From contig JBGAIN010000038.1 of assembly GCA_044225505.1 (NCBI GenBank), positions 1 to 52,129 of the forward strand: a stretch of DNA of 52,129 nucleotides, read 5' to 3'. The translations under genes were made by a program, and so were the position numbers. The notes beneath the pieces were generated by a model. The model was not told the origin of the DNA. It saw only the letters and a program-made list of their open reading frames with translations, and ran no database searches. Source of the DNA: Limisphaerales bacterium (lineage in GTDB: Bacteria > Verrucomicrobiota > Verrucomicrobiia > Limisphaerales > SIBE01). Position 1 is the stretch's first letter. Each line of letters opens with the position of its first letter. Shown one piece after another: positions 10,034 through 19,552 of the stretch.

Positions 10034-10063
10034 TTGACACCGCGAAAAGGAAACTCCTATGTT
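10034..10063 (+). promoter_or_regulatory. Sigma-70 promoter
   Basis: TTGACA-N18-TATGTT. Confidence 0.55.
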
Positions 10064-10070
10064 GAACTCC

Positions 10071-11456
10071 ATGCCCGGTTCCTTCTTGTCCTGGCGTGTG
10101 ATTCTCATGCCCACCCCAATTCTCTCCGCGATTCTGTGCCTCTTGGACGCCCGTGCTGCAGCGAATTCCGCGCCTCTAATCCAGCCGGTCGGCGTCGCCC
10201 AAATCGATATCACCCCTGAGTATCCGGTTCGATTGAGCGGATTTGGTTTTCGGCGGACCGAATCTGAAGGGGTGACTCAGCGCATTTGGGCCAAAGCCCT
10301 GGCCTTTCCCAACGACCAGGAAGGACCTGCGCTTCTCATCACCGCCGACAATCTCTGTGTTCCTGATACTGTGACTCAAGAAGTGGCGCGGCGCCTGGCT
10401 GCGAAAGTCGGGTTGCGCCGGGAACGATTGACTATCACTGCGACGCACACCCACACGGCACCGATGTTGCAGAACGTCTGTCCGACCTTGTTTGGGGTGG
10501 CGGTACCTCCAGAGCACTTGGTGCACATCGATCGTTATACGCGGGAATTCATCGACAAACTCGAGGAGGTAGCATTGGCCGCGATCAAAGATATTCAACC
10601 CGCACGACTCGCCTGGGGAACGGGCACGGTCAAGCTGGCGACTAATCGAAGAACCCAAGGTGGTCCGGTCGACCATGACTTGCCAGTGCTCGTCCTGCGG
10701 GATCTCGTTGGGAAGGTGCGGGCCCTCTATTTCAGTTACGCATGCCACTGTGTGACTCTGTCCAACAACAAGATCAGCGGCGATTGGGCGGGGTTTGCTC
10801 AGGACCAGGTGCAGCAGGATTTTCCCGGGGCGATTGCGCTGGCGTCCGTCGGTTGCGGGGCGGACTCCAATCCATCGTCTGGGGTTACCGGCGATAAGGT
10901 CACCGTTTGCGCGGAACAAGGACGCCTGGTGGCCAACGAAATCAAAAGACTGGTCTCGGGCGATCTCCTGCCTATTCAGGCCGGGCCACTGACGCGCTAC
11001 GCTCGATTGGACCTTGCCTTCGATACCCCGCGCTCGCGTGCCGAGTGGGAAGCGCGCGCGCAGCGTCAAGACGCGATCGGGCATCACGCCCGAGTCAATC
11101 TGGAACGGCTCGACCGCGGTGAGACTCTGCCCGAGAAGATCAACTATCCCATTCAAACATGGGTCTTTGGGACTGACCTTGCCATCGTTTTTCTGCCTGG
11201 CGAAACGGTGGTTGATTATGCGTTGCGATTGAAGCAGGAGTTTGATCGGCGGCGCCTTTGGGTCAACGGTTACTCTAATGATGCTCGCAACTATATTCCG
11301 AGTGAACGCGTTTTGAACGAAGGGGGATACGAAGGGGGCGATGCCATGGTCTATTATGACATGCCCCAGCGCTTCGCTCCGGGCCTCGAAAAACGAATCC
11401 TGGATACCGTGACGAATCAGATTCCCGCTGACTTTAAAGTGCCCAAGGGGAAATAA
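10071..11456 (+). CDS. Neutral/alkaline ceramidase-like family protein
   Basis: GVAQIDITP, ITATHTHTAP, YACHCVT, ISGDWAG, GCGADSNP, YIPSERVLNEGGYEG; start 10059, 10071 or 10107. Confidence 0.8.
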   Translation: MPGSFLSWRVILMPTPILSAILCLLDARAAANSAPLIQPVGVAQIDITPEYPVRLSGFGFRRTESEGVTQRIWAKALAFPNDQEGPALLITADNLCVPDTVTQEVARRLAAKVGLRRERLTITATHTHTAPMLQNVCPTLFGVAVPPEHLVHIDRYTREFIDKLEEVALAAIKDIQPARLAWGTGTVKLATNRRTQGGPVDHDLPVLVLRDLVGKVRALYFSYACHCVTLSNNKISGDWAGFAQDQVQQDFPGAIALASVGCGADSNPSSGVTGDKVTVCAEQGRLVANEIKRLVSGDLLPIQAGPLTRYARLDLAFDTPRSRAEWEARAQRQDAIGHHARVNLERLDRGETLPEKINYPIQTWVFGTDLAIVFLPGETVVDYALRLKQEFDRRRLWVNGYSNDARNYIPSERVLNEGGYEGGDAMVYYDMPQRFAPGLEKRILDTVTNQIPADFKVPKGK

Positions 11457-11570
11457 CCCGCGAACTCAACCCAAGCACGCCTGCTGAATACCAGCGCATT
11501 CCGTGGATCTAGCGCGTCGCGGTGGTTTGCTCCAGGCGGCAGGACGCGAGCAGGTCCACCGATTCAAGTG

Positions 11571-12503
11571 CTACGTTGATCGCTTCAAAGCAGGCAAAGG
11601 CCCGTCGTTTCCAGTGAGTGTCACGGAGCTGGATGTCCCGCTCGATTCCGACGCCTCGATTTTGACGGACACTTTCATTCCGATCGAGTCCAGGCTGTTC
11701 CCAAAGAACCGTCCGGAAATCGGCATCACACCCCGAGGATGATTGCTAACCCCGACCGCGATGTGTCGGTAACTAGTCTGTTCTCCGAGCGTTGGATCAA
11801 ATCCGATCCAGCCTGAGCCAGGAAAATAGGCTTCCGTCCAGGCGTGGGTCGAAGCGAGTCCAGTTCGCGCCGCCGGACAATCGAGGTAGCCGCTGCTGAA
11901 ACGCGCAGCGATACCCAAAGTCCGACAAGCTTCCATAAGCAACGTCGCCATGTCCCGGCAGGAGCCCGATCGGTCGGCCAGCGTTTCACTGGGACGCTGT
12001 ACGCCTTTCACCTCCCGGCGCTTGTAGCGAATACTTCGATAAATCGCGGCGTTGACTGCTGCGACTTTGATCAAGGCGTCTGGCGAATCACCGGACGACA
12101 AAACGCCATTTAGCCAGTCCGAAATCAATCGGCCCTCCTCGGGATAGACAGGATTCCGGTAGGCAGCGACGACCGTGCTTTCCAGTTCGTCGTAAACCAC
12201 TGGGTGTTGCACGGGAATTGGAGCGGAACTTGGCGACCCGCTCGGCCAGCGCCATCGAACGACCACGCGACTGATAATACTTAGCTCCGAGCCGGGCGTT
12301 AGGAAATCTACGGACGCCACGGAGTTGCTAAAGATGTCTCGGCTCCAGGCGATTTGGCAAGCGGGCTTGATTTCCAGAAGCATGCTTTCTACCTGCAAAT
12401 CATGCCCCTCTCGCGGCCGGAGGACAAGGCGATGGCGGCCGAAGCGCGTTGGCTTTGTGTACTCGTAGAGCGTGGTATGGGTAATCCGCAAGTAATTCGA
12501 CAT
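11571..12503 (-). CDS. Transglutaminase-like protein with Bact_transglu_N domain
   Basis: LRITHTTLYEY N-terminus; catalytic GSCRD, HAWTEAY, GFDPT. Confidence 0.88.
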   Translation of the reverse strand: MSNYLRITHTTLYEYTKPTRFGRHRLVLRPREGHDLQVESMLLEIKPACQIAWSRDIFSNSVASVDFLTPGSELSIISRVVVRWRWPSGSPSSAPIPVQHPVVYDELESTVVAAYRNPVYPEEGRLISDWLNGVLSSGDSPDALIKVAAVNAAIYRSIRYKRREVKGVQRPSETLADRSGSCRDMATLLMEACRTLGIAARFSSGYLDCPAARTGLASTHAWTEAYFPGSGWIGFDPTLGEQTSYRHIAVGVSNHPRGVMPISGRFFGNSLDSIGMKVSVKIEASESSGTSSSVTLTGNDGPLPALKRST

Positions 12504-12527
12504 CGCGACAGGCGTGGACCGTCAGAA

Positions 12528-13379
12528 TCAAACTGGATCCAGGCAGAGCCCTTTAGAGACGAGCTGAGAGTGTTGTAAAGGGGTGAAGTTCGCGTCCAGC
12601 GCTTCGCATTTCACTGCTAAAGACGAACTGCGGGCTGGGCCGAACATGGTGGCCACCGCGGCATCCGCCGCATCCCGACCGACTGCGATCCGAACGATGC
12701 CATTGAGCGGCGCCAAACGCGTCGGGTCGAACAGCAACCAGCGGCCTCCGATAAACGCCTCGAAGCAAGCGTGAAAATCCGCGGGCTCTAGTTGGTAGGC
12801 GTAGCCGGTAACGTAGCGCGCTGGAATAGTTAAAGCGCGGCAGAGTGCGATGCCTAAATGCGCAAAGTCGCGACAGACTCCGGCACGCTCGGTCACCGTG
12901 TCGTAAGCCGAAGTCTGGGAATTGGTGCTGCCCGGCAAATATTCGATGTTGTTAAAGATCCAGTCTGCGATCGCAACTACCTTGCGGTAAGGGTGTTTGA
13001 TAGCTCCGAATTTGCTGTAGGCCAACCGTCCGAGCTTGTCGGACTGACAATAACGGCTCGGAAAAAGAAACGTCATGGCGCTCGGATCCAGGTTGCTGAC
13101 GGGGACCGCCATCAAGTCTTTCACCGGCACCAACGAGTGATTCACTCCGACGGTCGCACTGTATTCCACCCGGATTTCCCGATGCTTGCCAGTTTCAAGC
13201 CGGACGAATCGGTTGTGTCCATGCTTGATCGAAAACTCATCGCACCGCGTGGGTGGCGTCACCAAAAACCTCTCTTCCGTGACCTGTTGCGACGCGCCTC
13301 GCAACGCGTGCACGTTCAGAATCAATGTGCTAGGGCCGCGCGTGGCATAATTCAGTTCCGCCGCAATTTTGAAATGCAT
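12528..13379 (-). CDS. Transglutaminase-like protein
   Basis: PSRYCQSD, GVCRDFAH, DFHACFEA, FDPT, GRDAAD. Confidence 0.9.
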   Translation of the reverse strand: MHFKIAAELNYATRGPSTLILNVHALRGASQQVTEERFLVTPPTRCDEFSIKHGHNRFVRLETGKHREIRVEYSATVGVNHSLVPVKDLMAVPVSNLDPSAMTFLFPSRYCQSDKLGRLAYSKFGAIKHPYRKVVAIADWIFNNIEYLPGSTNSQTSAYDTVTERAGVCRDFAHLGIALCRALTIPARYVTGYAYQLEPADFHACFEAFIGGRWLLFDPTRLAPLNGIVRIAVGRDAADAAVATMFGPARSSSLAVKCEALDANFTPLQHSQLVSKGLCLDPV

Positions 13380-13388
13380 CCTTGCAGC

Positions 13389-13436
13389 AGTGTAACCCGG
13401 ATCGCGCGCCTCTGCAAAAAGGGCGCTTTACCCCAA
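13389..13436 (-). promoter_or_regulatory. Sigma-70 promoter abutted by a degenerate GGGG-N6-CCCC-type site
   Basis: Minus strand TTGCAG-N17-TACACT; adjacent + strand AAGGGC GCTTTA CCCCAA at 13419-13436. Confidence 0.35.
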
Positions 13437-13472
13437 CGACGGAAGGACTAAGTTTCGAACGGAAACTGCACG

Positions 13473-15221
13473 ATGCGATATCAGCATTTCATGAAGGGTG
13501 TCGCCTTGATGGTCGCCGGGGTGGTGGCTTTCGGCCCGGTCGCTCGTGCACGCGGAACATCAACTGACGCCGCTCCAGACGGCGCCGGCTCTATCCTCAC
13601 CACAGGTCTTAGAATTCCTTCAATTTCATCCTTGGTGTCTGAGGCAAAGGCCGCATTCGTTTCGGCCAATCAAGTCGCGGAATTCTCCCTGACTTCGGCG
13701 CTTAGCTATCCACTTCCCTTTGTGCAGGTCGAGTTGGACGTGGTGTTCACAGCGCCGGATAACAAACAGTCCCGCATCCCTGCTTTCTGGGCGGGCGGCA
13801 ATCGCTGGAGCTTTCGCTACGCCTCGCCGCAACCGGGCGTTCATCGTTGGCGCACTGAATGTTCTGATCTCAGTGATCCCCGATTGCATAACGCTCAAGG
13901 CACCGTTGAAATCCGTGCTGCTGACGGAGAAAACGTTTTTCGTCGTCATGGCCCAATCCGCATTGCTCCGGACCAGCGTCATTTCGAACACGCTGACGGG
14001 ACGCCATTCTTTTGGCTGGGCGATACCTGGTGGAAATGCTTGTGCCGACGAATGACCTGGGAGGGATTTCAGGAGCTAGCTGCAGATCGCGTAGCGAAAG
14101 GTTTTTCTGTGGTGCAAATCGTCTGCGGCCCTTATCCGGACGAGGAGATGTTCGAGCGTCGCTGGGAGAACGAAGGGGGGATGCCCTATCTCACGGATGA
14201 CTTTAGCACGATCAATCCGGTTTATTTCGATTTCGCCGACCGTCGCATCCGGCATCTTGTGGAAGCGGGCCTCGTGCCCGCCATCGTTGGCGGTTGGGGA
14301 CGAGAACAGGCGGGCGGACGCAGCACAATCGCCCGCGTCGGATTGGACGGGTATAAACGACATTGGCGCAATATCGTCGCGCGCTATGGGGCGTTTCCCG
14401 TGGTATGGATCCTGGGAGGTGAAGCTTCGGACGCGCAAGGCCCCTGGTCCGAGTTGGCCAGATACGTGAAAAGCATCGACCCCTTTGGCCGGCTGCTCGC
14501 TTATCACGCGCAAGGCCATCCGCGTCACGCGTTAAAGGACAATGTGCCGTTCGATTTCGACATGACCGCTATCGGCCATGAGAGCTGGACCACCGCGACG
14601 GCCACGCTCGAGATGCTGACTTCGTGTCGTGCGGAATCGCCCACGCGGCCCGTCCTGAATGGCGAGGCCTGCTACGAGGGCCACATGCAGTCAAACTTTC
14701 AGGATGTGCAACGGCACTTGTTCTGGAGTTGTCTGCTCAATGGTGCGGCGGGTCATACCTATGGAGCCGCGGGCGTTTGGCAAGCGAGTGTCGAGGGAGA
14801 CCCTGGGATTAGTCCGATTTACGATTGGACCACCTGGCGGGAGGGCATGAGCTATCCCGGTTCCACACAGCTTGGCCTGGGCAAAAGAATGCTCGAGAAG
14901 ACCCAATGGTGGCGGTTTGAACCCCATCCGGAATGGGCTGAGCCTGGCTGCTATGCCGCTGGTATACCCGGTGAAATCCGCGTCCTCTATTTGCCGCGCC
15001 GGAATATCTACAACTGGACTGGCCCTATCGTGAAGCGGCTGGAATTCAACGTCCCGTGGCGCGCCTACTACTTCGATCCGGCAACGGGACGCCAGTTTGA
15101 CCTGGGGCGGGCTGTGCCGCTTACCACCTCGTCAAACGATCGACCGGAATTCTTCGATTTCCAGCGAGATTTGCCGTCACCGCAAGATTGGGTTTTGGTC
15201 GTTGAACGATCGCCCCGTTAG
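13473..15221 (+). CDS. DUF5060/DUF4038 putative glycoside hydrolase (apiosidase/GH140-like)
   Basis: Signal peptide; PAFWAGGNRWSFRY, DGTPFFWLGDTWW, VVWILGGE, NGEACYEG, GAAGHTYGAAGVWQ, DWVLVV. Confidence 0.82.
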   Translation: MRYQHFMKGVALMVAGVVAFGPVARARGTSTDAAPDGAGSILTTGLRIPSISSLVSEAKAAFVSANQVAEFSLTSALSYPLPFVQVELDVVFTAPDNKQSRIPAFWAGGNRWSFRYASPQPGVHRWRTECSDLSDPRLHNAQGTVEIRAADGENVFRRHGPIRIAPDQRHFEHADGTPFFWLGDTWWKCLCRRMTWEGFQELAADRVAKGFSVVQIVCGPYPDEEMFERRWENEGGMPYLTDDFSTINPVYFDFADRRIRHLVEAGLVPAIVGGWGREQAGGRSTIARVGLDGYKRHWRNIVARYGAFPVVWILGGEASDAQGPWSELARYVKSIDPFGRLLAYHAQGHPRHALKDNVPFDFDMTAIGHESWTTATATLEMLTSCRAESPTRPVLNGEACYEGHMQSNFQDVQRHLFWSCLLNGAAGHTYGAAGVWQASVEGDPGISPIYDWTTWREGMSYPGSTQLGLGKRMLEKTQWWRFEPHPEWAEPGCYAAGIPGEIRVLYLPRRNIYNWTGPIVKRLEFNVPWRAYYFDPATGRQFDLGRAVPLTTSSNDRPEFFDFQRDLPSPQDWVLVVERSPR

Positions 15222-15313
15222 TGCGGACGAAGCTAAGTCTTTGGAATGGACGCTTGGTCGAAGTTCCGTCAGAAAGCCAGAACAGGCGTTCGCAAAACTA
15301 CCAGGATGCTAAG

Positions 15314-15334
15314 GAAGGAAGAGACACTTCCTTC
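15314..15334. terminator. Possible hairpin between convergent genes
   Basis: GAAGGAAG-AGACA-CTTCCTTC; no U-tract. Confidence 0.3.
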
Positions 15335-15399
15335 GAACGTAGCGGTGTGGCTCCTGTCTCGGAAGTTACAGGAACCCGCTGGCGCGACGAAAGTGACTT

Positions 15400-18300
15400 C
15401 TACCGCAATCGATAGAACTGCTGTGCGCCTGCCGCGGTGGTCGGCGCTTGGAATTCGATCTGTTGCTCGGTCGCGACCGAGAATGTTTGCACGGCGGTCC
15501 AGTCGACCAGGTTGGTCGAGGTCTCGACCGTATACATGCCCGGCGCATTGATCGTCCATCGGATCCGGAGCGCGCCTTGGCTGTCCCGCGCCGCCTGAAT
15601 TGGTCCTACCGCGGGAACGGCCGGTTCTACCAGAACAGTTCCTGGCTCGAACGTTGTCGATAGCACCTTAGCGAGTGGAGAGACTACCTCACGCACGACG
15701 GGTTGATCGTCGAAATAGATCGAAGTGCTTTGCGCAGCGGCGCTGACCGACGCGAGCTCCACTTGGAGCAATTCCTGGATTCCCGCTGGAAACGTTTTGC
15801 CCGCGGCTTGCCCGAGCAGAACGCCAATCCGGCCCTCGGTTGCCCGGTTGGTATTGAGCATCAGGGCGGAGCCACCGCCCAAGGCGCTTCCAGGCAACAC
15901 GGCTCGGAATCGGAGGCGCGCAGGATCGAAACGAAGCGTAAAGGCAGCGGTGTTTTCGTCGCCCAAAGACAGGAGTTGCACGGCCAGAGCAACGCCACCC
16001 GGGATTGGAGAACTTCTTGGGATCACGCCGATCGTTCGACGCTTTAATGACATCAATCCGGTGCGCGCCGGTTCGGCGCCGGTGGATAGTTCATCAGTGA
16101 CGCTGTTCAGGACGTCGCTCTCCGAGCTCTCAATGGATTGAAGGGCTGCTTTGGCAGGGCCGCCCGTGACCTGCAATGTATCCAATCCCACCACGTAGCG
16201 CCCCGTCTGCGTCCAATCTCCTGCCGTGAGCGCGCCATCGCCGCGGGTTTCGGCGGGAGCACAATCGGCGCGCGCGAATTCGCCGGCGTTAAGCGGTTTG
16301 GAAAGGGTGGCTACGAGTCGGCCGACCAAGGTCCAGTCCGCTGCCGTCAATTGGCCGTCGCCATTCGGTTCCGCGGCCACATCTCCTTCGTATCCGGCAT
16401 CGAGGGTCACGGTGGCGTCGAGATAATTGGCAGCCAACGGACTGACGGTCGTAGAGACCAGCTCCTGGGCCAAGGGCGAGGAAGCAAACGCGACCGTGGT
16501 ATTGGTCGAGCCAGTCAAACTGGTGGTAGCTTTAAACGACAGGGTGAGCAGGTGATTCGTGCCGGCGGTGAAGGTGTCTCCCGCGGCGCGGGCGATGAGG
16601 ACGCCGGACTTGCCTTTGGAGGCGTCGTTGGTGTTCAAGACAACCGTCACCCCTGGCACAATCGCAGTTCCGTTGGAGATGGATTGTAACGTCAGCACCG
16701 TTGGATCAAATGCCACGCTTAGGGAAATGGTATTTTCATTCCCCAACCCAATTAGGTTCAATGGTACGGTCAGCGAACTGCCAATCGACCCGGACGCACT
16801 TTCCAATCGAAACAGAGCGGAGGTGGCGCCTGTGACGGTCAGGGCCGCCGCGCGGCTCGTGGCGGATCCGAAAGGGTTGATGGCGACGACCGAGTAGTAT
16901 CCCGCATCCGAGCTTTGGGCGGCGGCGATCGGCAGGATGGCGCTGGTGGCTCCGGGAAGGTTCGTTCCGTTGCGACGCCACTGGTAGGTGATCACATCGC
17001 TGCCGGCGACAGTGACTTGTAGAGTTCCGGGAGATCCCAACGCGATGGACTGATTTGCGGGTTGCCCAGTGATCAGCGGCGGCATTTGCACGGTCAAAAG
17101 CGCCGGAGAACTCGTGAGCGATCCGGCGGCGTTGGCGACCACCACGGCATAATTGCCGGCATCGCCCAAGTCCACGTTCGTGACCAGCAACGTGGCTGCG
17201 GTAGCGCCGGGAAGGTCCGTTCCCCCGAGTCTCCATTGATAGGTGAATGGGCCGGTACCATAGACCTGCGCTCGGAACGTGACGTTCGACGTCGAAGGGC
17301 TGGTCTGCGCGGCCGGAGGCACAACGACAGAAAGAGAGGCATTCCCGCTGGTGGCACTGCCCGCGCCGTTCGTAACGACGGCCGAGTAAACTCCTGCCTG
17401 GTTTGTGGTGACGGAGGAAAGTGCCAGAGTCGCGCTGGTGGCTCCGGCCACGTCTTTTGCCCCCAACCGCCATTTCCACACTTGAGGAATCGATCCGGAC
17501 GCCGTCGCGGTTAGCGTAACGGCTGACCCCTGCTCTACTAACTGGCTTTGCGGTTGAGTGACAACGAGCGGTGCCACGGGAATTGGGGTGACCGTTAACG
17601 AGGCTGTCTGACTTGTCTGGAAGCCACCCGCGTTCGAGACTGTAACGCTGTAAGCGCCGGCGTCCGCGTCTTGGCCATTGGCGATCGTCAAGCTGGTGTT
17701 GGTCTGTCCTGCGAGAGCAAACCCTTCCTTGAGCCATTGATAAAGGAGCGTCGGAGTGCCGGTGGCTTCAACGGAAAATGTGATGTTGCGTCCTACCACG
17801 ACCGACTGGCTGGTCGGTTGCAGAGTGATCACCGGCGTCACCGGGGTCGTGCCGTTGCTCAAGACCCTGGCCACCCGTTGCCGCGCTGATCCACCCACCT
17901 GGGTGAAATCTCCACCGATTAACAAATGGCCGTCCGGTTGAATGGCTAAAGCCGAGACGGCTCCGTTCGGGCCGAGGCCAGGATCAAAACTGGTATCGAC
18001 GCTCCCGTCCCAATGCAATCGCACAATTCCTGCCCGCGCCACACCGTCGAAGACGGTAAACTTGCCACCCAAGACCAGGCGTCCGTCTCCCTGGATCTCG
18101 ATGGCTTCGACCGCAGGCCACGAGCTTGCGACAGCACTTGGGGCTTCTGCACCTGTCCCTGGATCGAAACTGGTGTCCAGACTGCCATCGGTCAGCAGCC
18201 GAGCGATGCCTTGGCGGATGATTTTGTTGAAATTGAAGAAATGCCCACCCAGGAGGATCCGGTTGTCTGCTTGGACACGGATGGTTTTCACCGGGCCATC

Positions 18301-19086
18301 CAGACCGCTGCCAGGGTTGAAGCTGGTGTCCAGGGTGCCGTCCGCATTCAGGCGGGCTATGCCCGACCGGACGACACCATTGACATTCGTGAACGCGCCG
18401 CCAATCAGAATACGCCCGTTCGATTGGAGGGCGACGGTTTCAATCGCGCCGCTGGTAATAAAGTTGGTTTTGAACGTGAGATCGACTAGGCCGTTTGTCT
18501 GCAAGCGAACCAGGTTGGTCCGCGGCAGACCTGCGACCGAGGTGAAACTTCCTGCCACCAGCAGTTTCCCGTCGGTCTGCACTGCCACAGAGTAAAGCCA
18601 AGGCGCCAGTGGACTGCTGACGGCGACATCGAGCGTGGCGTCGAGCGTGCCGTCCGAGTTGAGACGTCGCACGACCCCGTTCAAGCCGTTGGTCTGACGG
18701 CCAACGCAAACCACCTGACCTTCCACGGTCACGGCTAGTGCCGTCACCGCTGTGGCCACCGCCGGTACCGCAAAGGTCGGATCCACCGTCCCTGCTGGAC
18801 TTAATCGCACAATACCCGCAATAGGGTCACCCAGAAGATTCGTGGTCGAAACCCAGCCGCCGACCAGGACATTGGTCCCGTTCATGACGCCCAGGCTCAG
18901 GACAGTGTTGGTCGCGACCGGTGCCGGGTCAAACGTGGTGTCGAGATCACCCGGAGCGGCTAGGGTCGGCGCTAGCGGCAAGCCCGACATCAGAATCAGC
19001 CCGGTCCATCGAGCGACCTTTCCCCAAGAACCGATGGAACCCTCCTGCTTGCAGGATCTTTTCGCGTGCGCGTAGTGTTTTTGCAT
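15400..19086 (-). CDS. Large surface protein: delta-60 repeats, Ig-like domains, cohesin-like, dockerin-like, cohesin-like, C-terminal tail
   Basis: Repeats Q.DG...GG.F...IARL..DG.LDTSF; Ig repeats P.IT.QP.SQ...YQW...DAG.YSV; two ENT.....FDP cohesin-like units flanking duplicated GDG.LTA.DWT; ends QQFYRLR. Confidence 0.85.
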   Translation of the reverse strand: MQKHYAHAKRSCKQEGSIGSWGKVARWTGLILMSGLPLAPTLAAPGDLDTTFDPAPVATNTVLSLGVMNGTNVLVGGWVSTTNLLGDPIAGIVRLSPAGTVDPTFAVPAVATAVTALAVTVEGQVVCVGRQTNGLNGVVRRLNSDGTLDATLDVAVSSPLAPWLYSVAVQTDGKLLVAGSFTSVAGLPRTNLVRLQTNGLVDLTFKTNFITSGAIETVALQSNGRILIGGAFTNVNGVVRSGIARLNADGTLDTSFNPGSGLDGPVKTIRVQADNRILLGGHFFNFNKIIRQGIARLLTDGSLDTSFDPGTGAEAPSAVASSWPAVEAIEIQGDGRLVLGGKFTVFDGVARAGIVRLHWDGSVDTSFDPGLGPNGAVSALAIQPDGHLLIGGDFTQVGGSARQRVARVLSNGTTPVTPVITLQPTSQSVVVGRNITFSVEATGTPTLLYQWLKEGFALAGQTNTSLTIANGQDADAGAYSVTVSNAGGFQTSQTASLTVTPIPVAPLVVTQPQSQLVEQGSAVTLTATASGSIPQVWKWRLGAKDVAGATSATLALSSVTTNQAGVYSAVVTNGAGSATSGNASLSVVVPPAAQTSPSTSNVTFRAQVYGTGPFTYQWRLGGTDLPGATAATLLVTNVDLGDAGNYAVVVANAAGSLTSSPALLTVQMPPLITGQPANQSIALGSPGTLQVTVAGSDVITYQWRRNGTNLPGATSAILPIAAAQSSDAGYYSVVAINPFGSATSRAAALTVTGATSALFRLESASGSIGSSLTVPLNLIGLGNENTISLSVAFDPTVLTLQSISNGTAIVPGVTVVLNTNDASKGKSGVLIARAAGDTFTAGTNHLLTLSFKATTSLTGSTNTTVAFASSPLAQELVSTTVSPLAANYLDATVTLDAGYEGDVAAEPNGDGQLTAADWTLVGRLVATLSKPLNAGEFARADCAPAETRGDGALTAGDWTQTGRYVVGLDTLQVTGGPAKAALQSIESSESDVLNSVTDELSTGAEPARTGLMSLKRRTIGVIPRSSPIPGGVALAVQLLSLGDENTAAFTLRFDPARLRFRAVLPGSALGGGSALMLNTNRATEGRIGVLLGQAAGKTFPAGIQELLQVELASVSAAAQSTSIYFDDQPVVREVVSPLAKVLSTTFEPGTVLVEPAVPAVGPIQAARDSQGALRIRWTINAPGMYTVETSTNLVDWTAVQTFSVATEQQIEFQAPTTAAGAQQFYRLR

Positions 19087-19146
19087 TCGACTAAAGAGCG
19101 AACGGCACGATTCCGGATGGATAGCCCACCGTTGCGCTTAACGGGT

Positions 19147-19173
19147 CTATCGGCGTTCTAGAGCAGAACTTTA
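19147..19173 (-). promoter_or_regulatory. Sigma-28 (FliA/WhiG)-type promoter
   Basis: Minus strand TAAAGTTC-N11-GCCGATAG versus consensus TAAAGTTT-N11-GCCGATAA; 60 nt upstream of ATG 19086. Confidence 0.7.
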
Positions 19174-19194
19174 AGGAAGAACTATCCCCGGGCC

Positions 19195-19221
19195 TTTAGT
19201 ACCTCAGTGCTTTGCCGATAG
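19195..19221 (+). promoter_or_regulatory. Second, divergent sigma-28-like promoter
   Basis: TTTAGTAC-N11-GCCGATAG, 7 nt before GTG 19229. Confidence 0.45.
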
Positions 19222-19228
19222 TAGAGAA

Positions 19229-19552
19229 GTGCTTAGGCGCTCGTTCATTTCGCTTGTCCTCTTGGCTTTGGCCGCGTGTGGCCGGTCGCCCACGCGCATG
19301 GCTCAGCCTGAAGACCCGCACGGACGCTACCGAGAACAGATCGCTCAGGCCGCTCGGGTTTTAGCCCAACGGGAATCCTGGGCGGACCGGGCGGAATGGG
19401 AAGTGATCGAAACCCGGTCTGGCTGGGAGGTCGTTGCCTGGCGTGTGGAACACCCGGACCGCAAAGGGCCCAACCGCTACTTGCCCTGGGGTTACTCTAT
19501 TATAGATTTGGACCGTTCCCTTACCGTCGTCAGCTACCAACCTAAAGGGTAG
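19229..19552 (+). CDS. Small lipoprotein, hypothetical
   Basis: MLRRSFISLVLLALAAC lipobox. Confidence 0.75.
   Translation: MLRRSFISLVLLALAACGRSPTRMAQPEDPHGRYREQIAQAARVLAQRESWADRAEWEVIETRSGWEVVAWRVEHPDRKGPNRYLPWGYSIIDLDRSLTVVSYQPKG

Noticed and set aside
15400..19086. Cellulosome scaffoldin
   Set aside because: No CBM3 and no dockerin-bearing hydrolases in the window; the architecture is adhesin-like.
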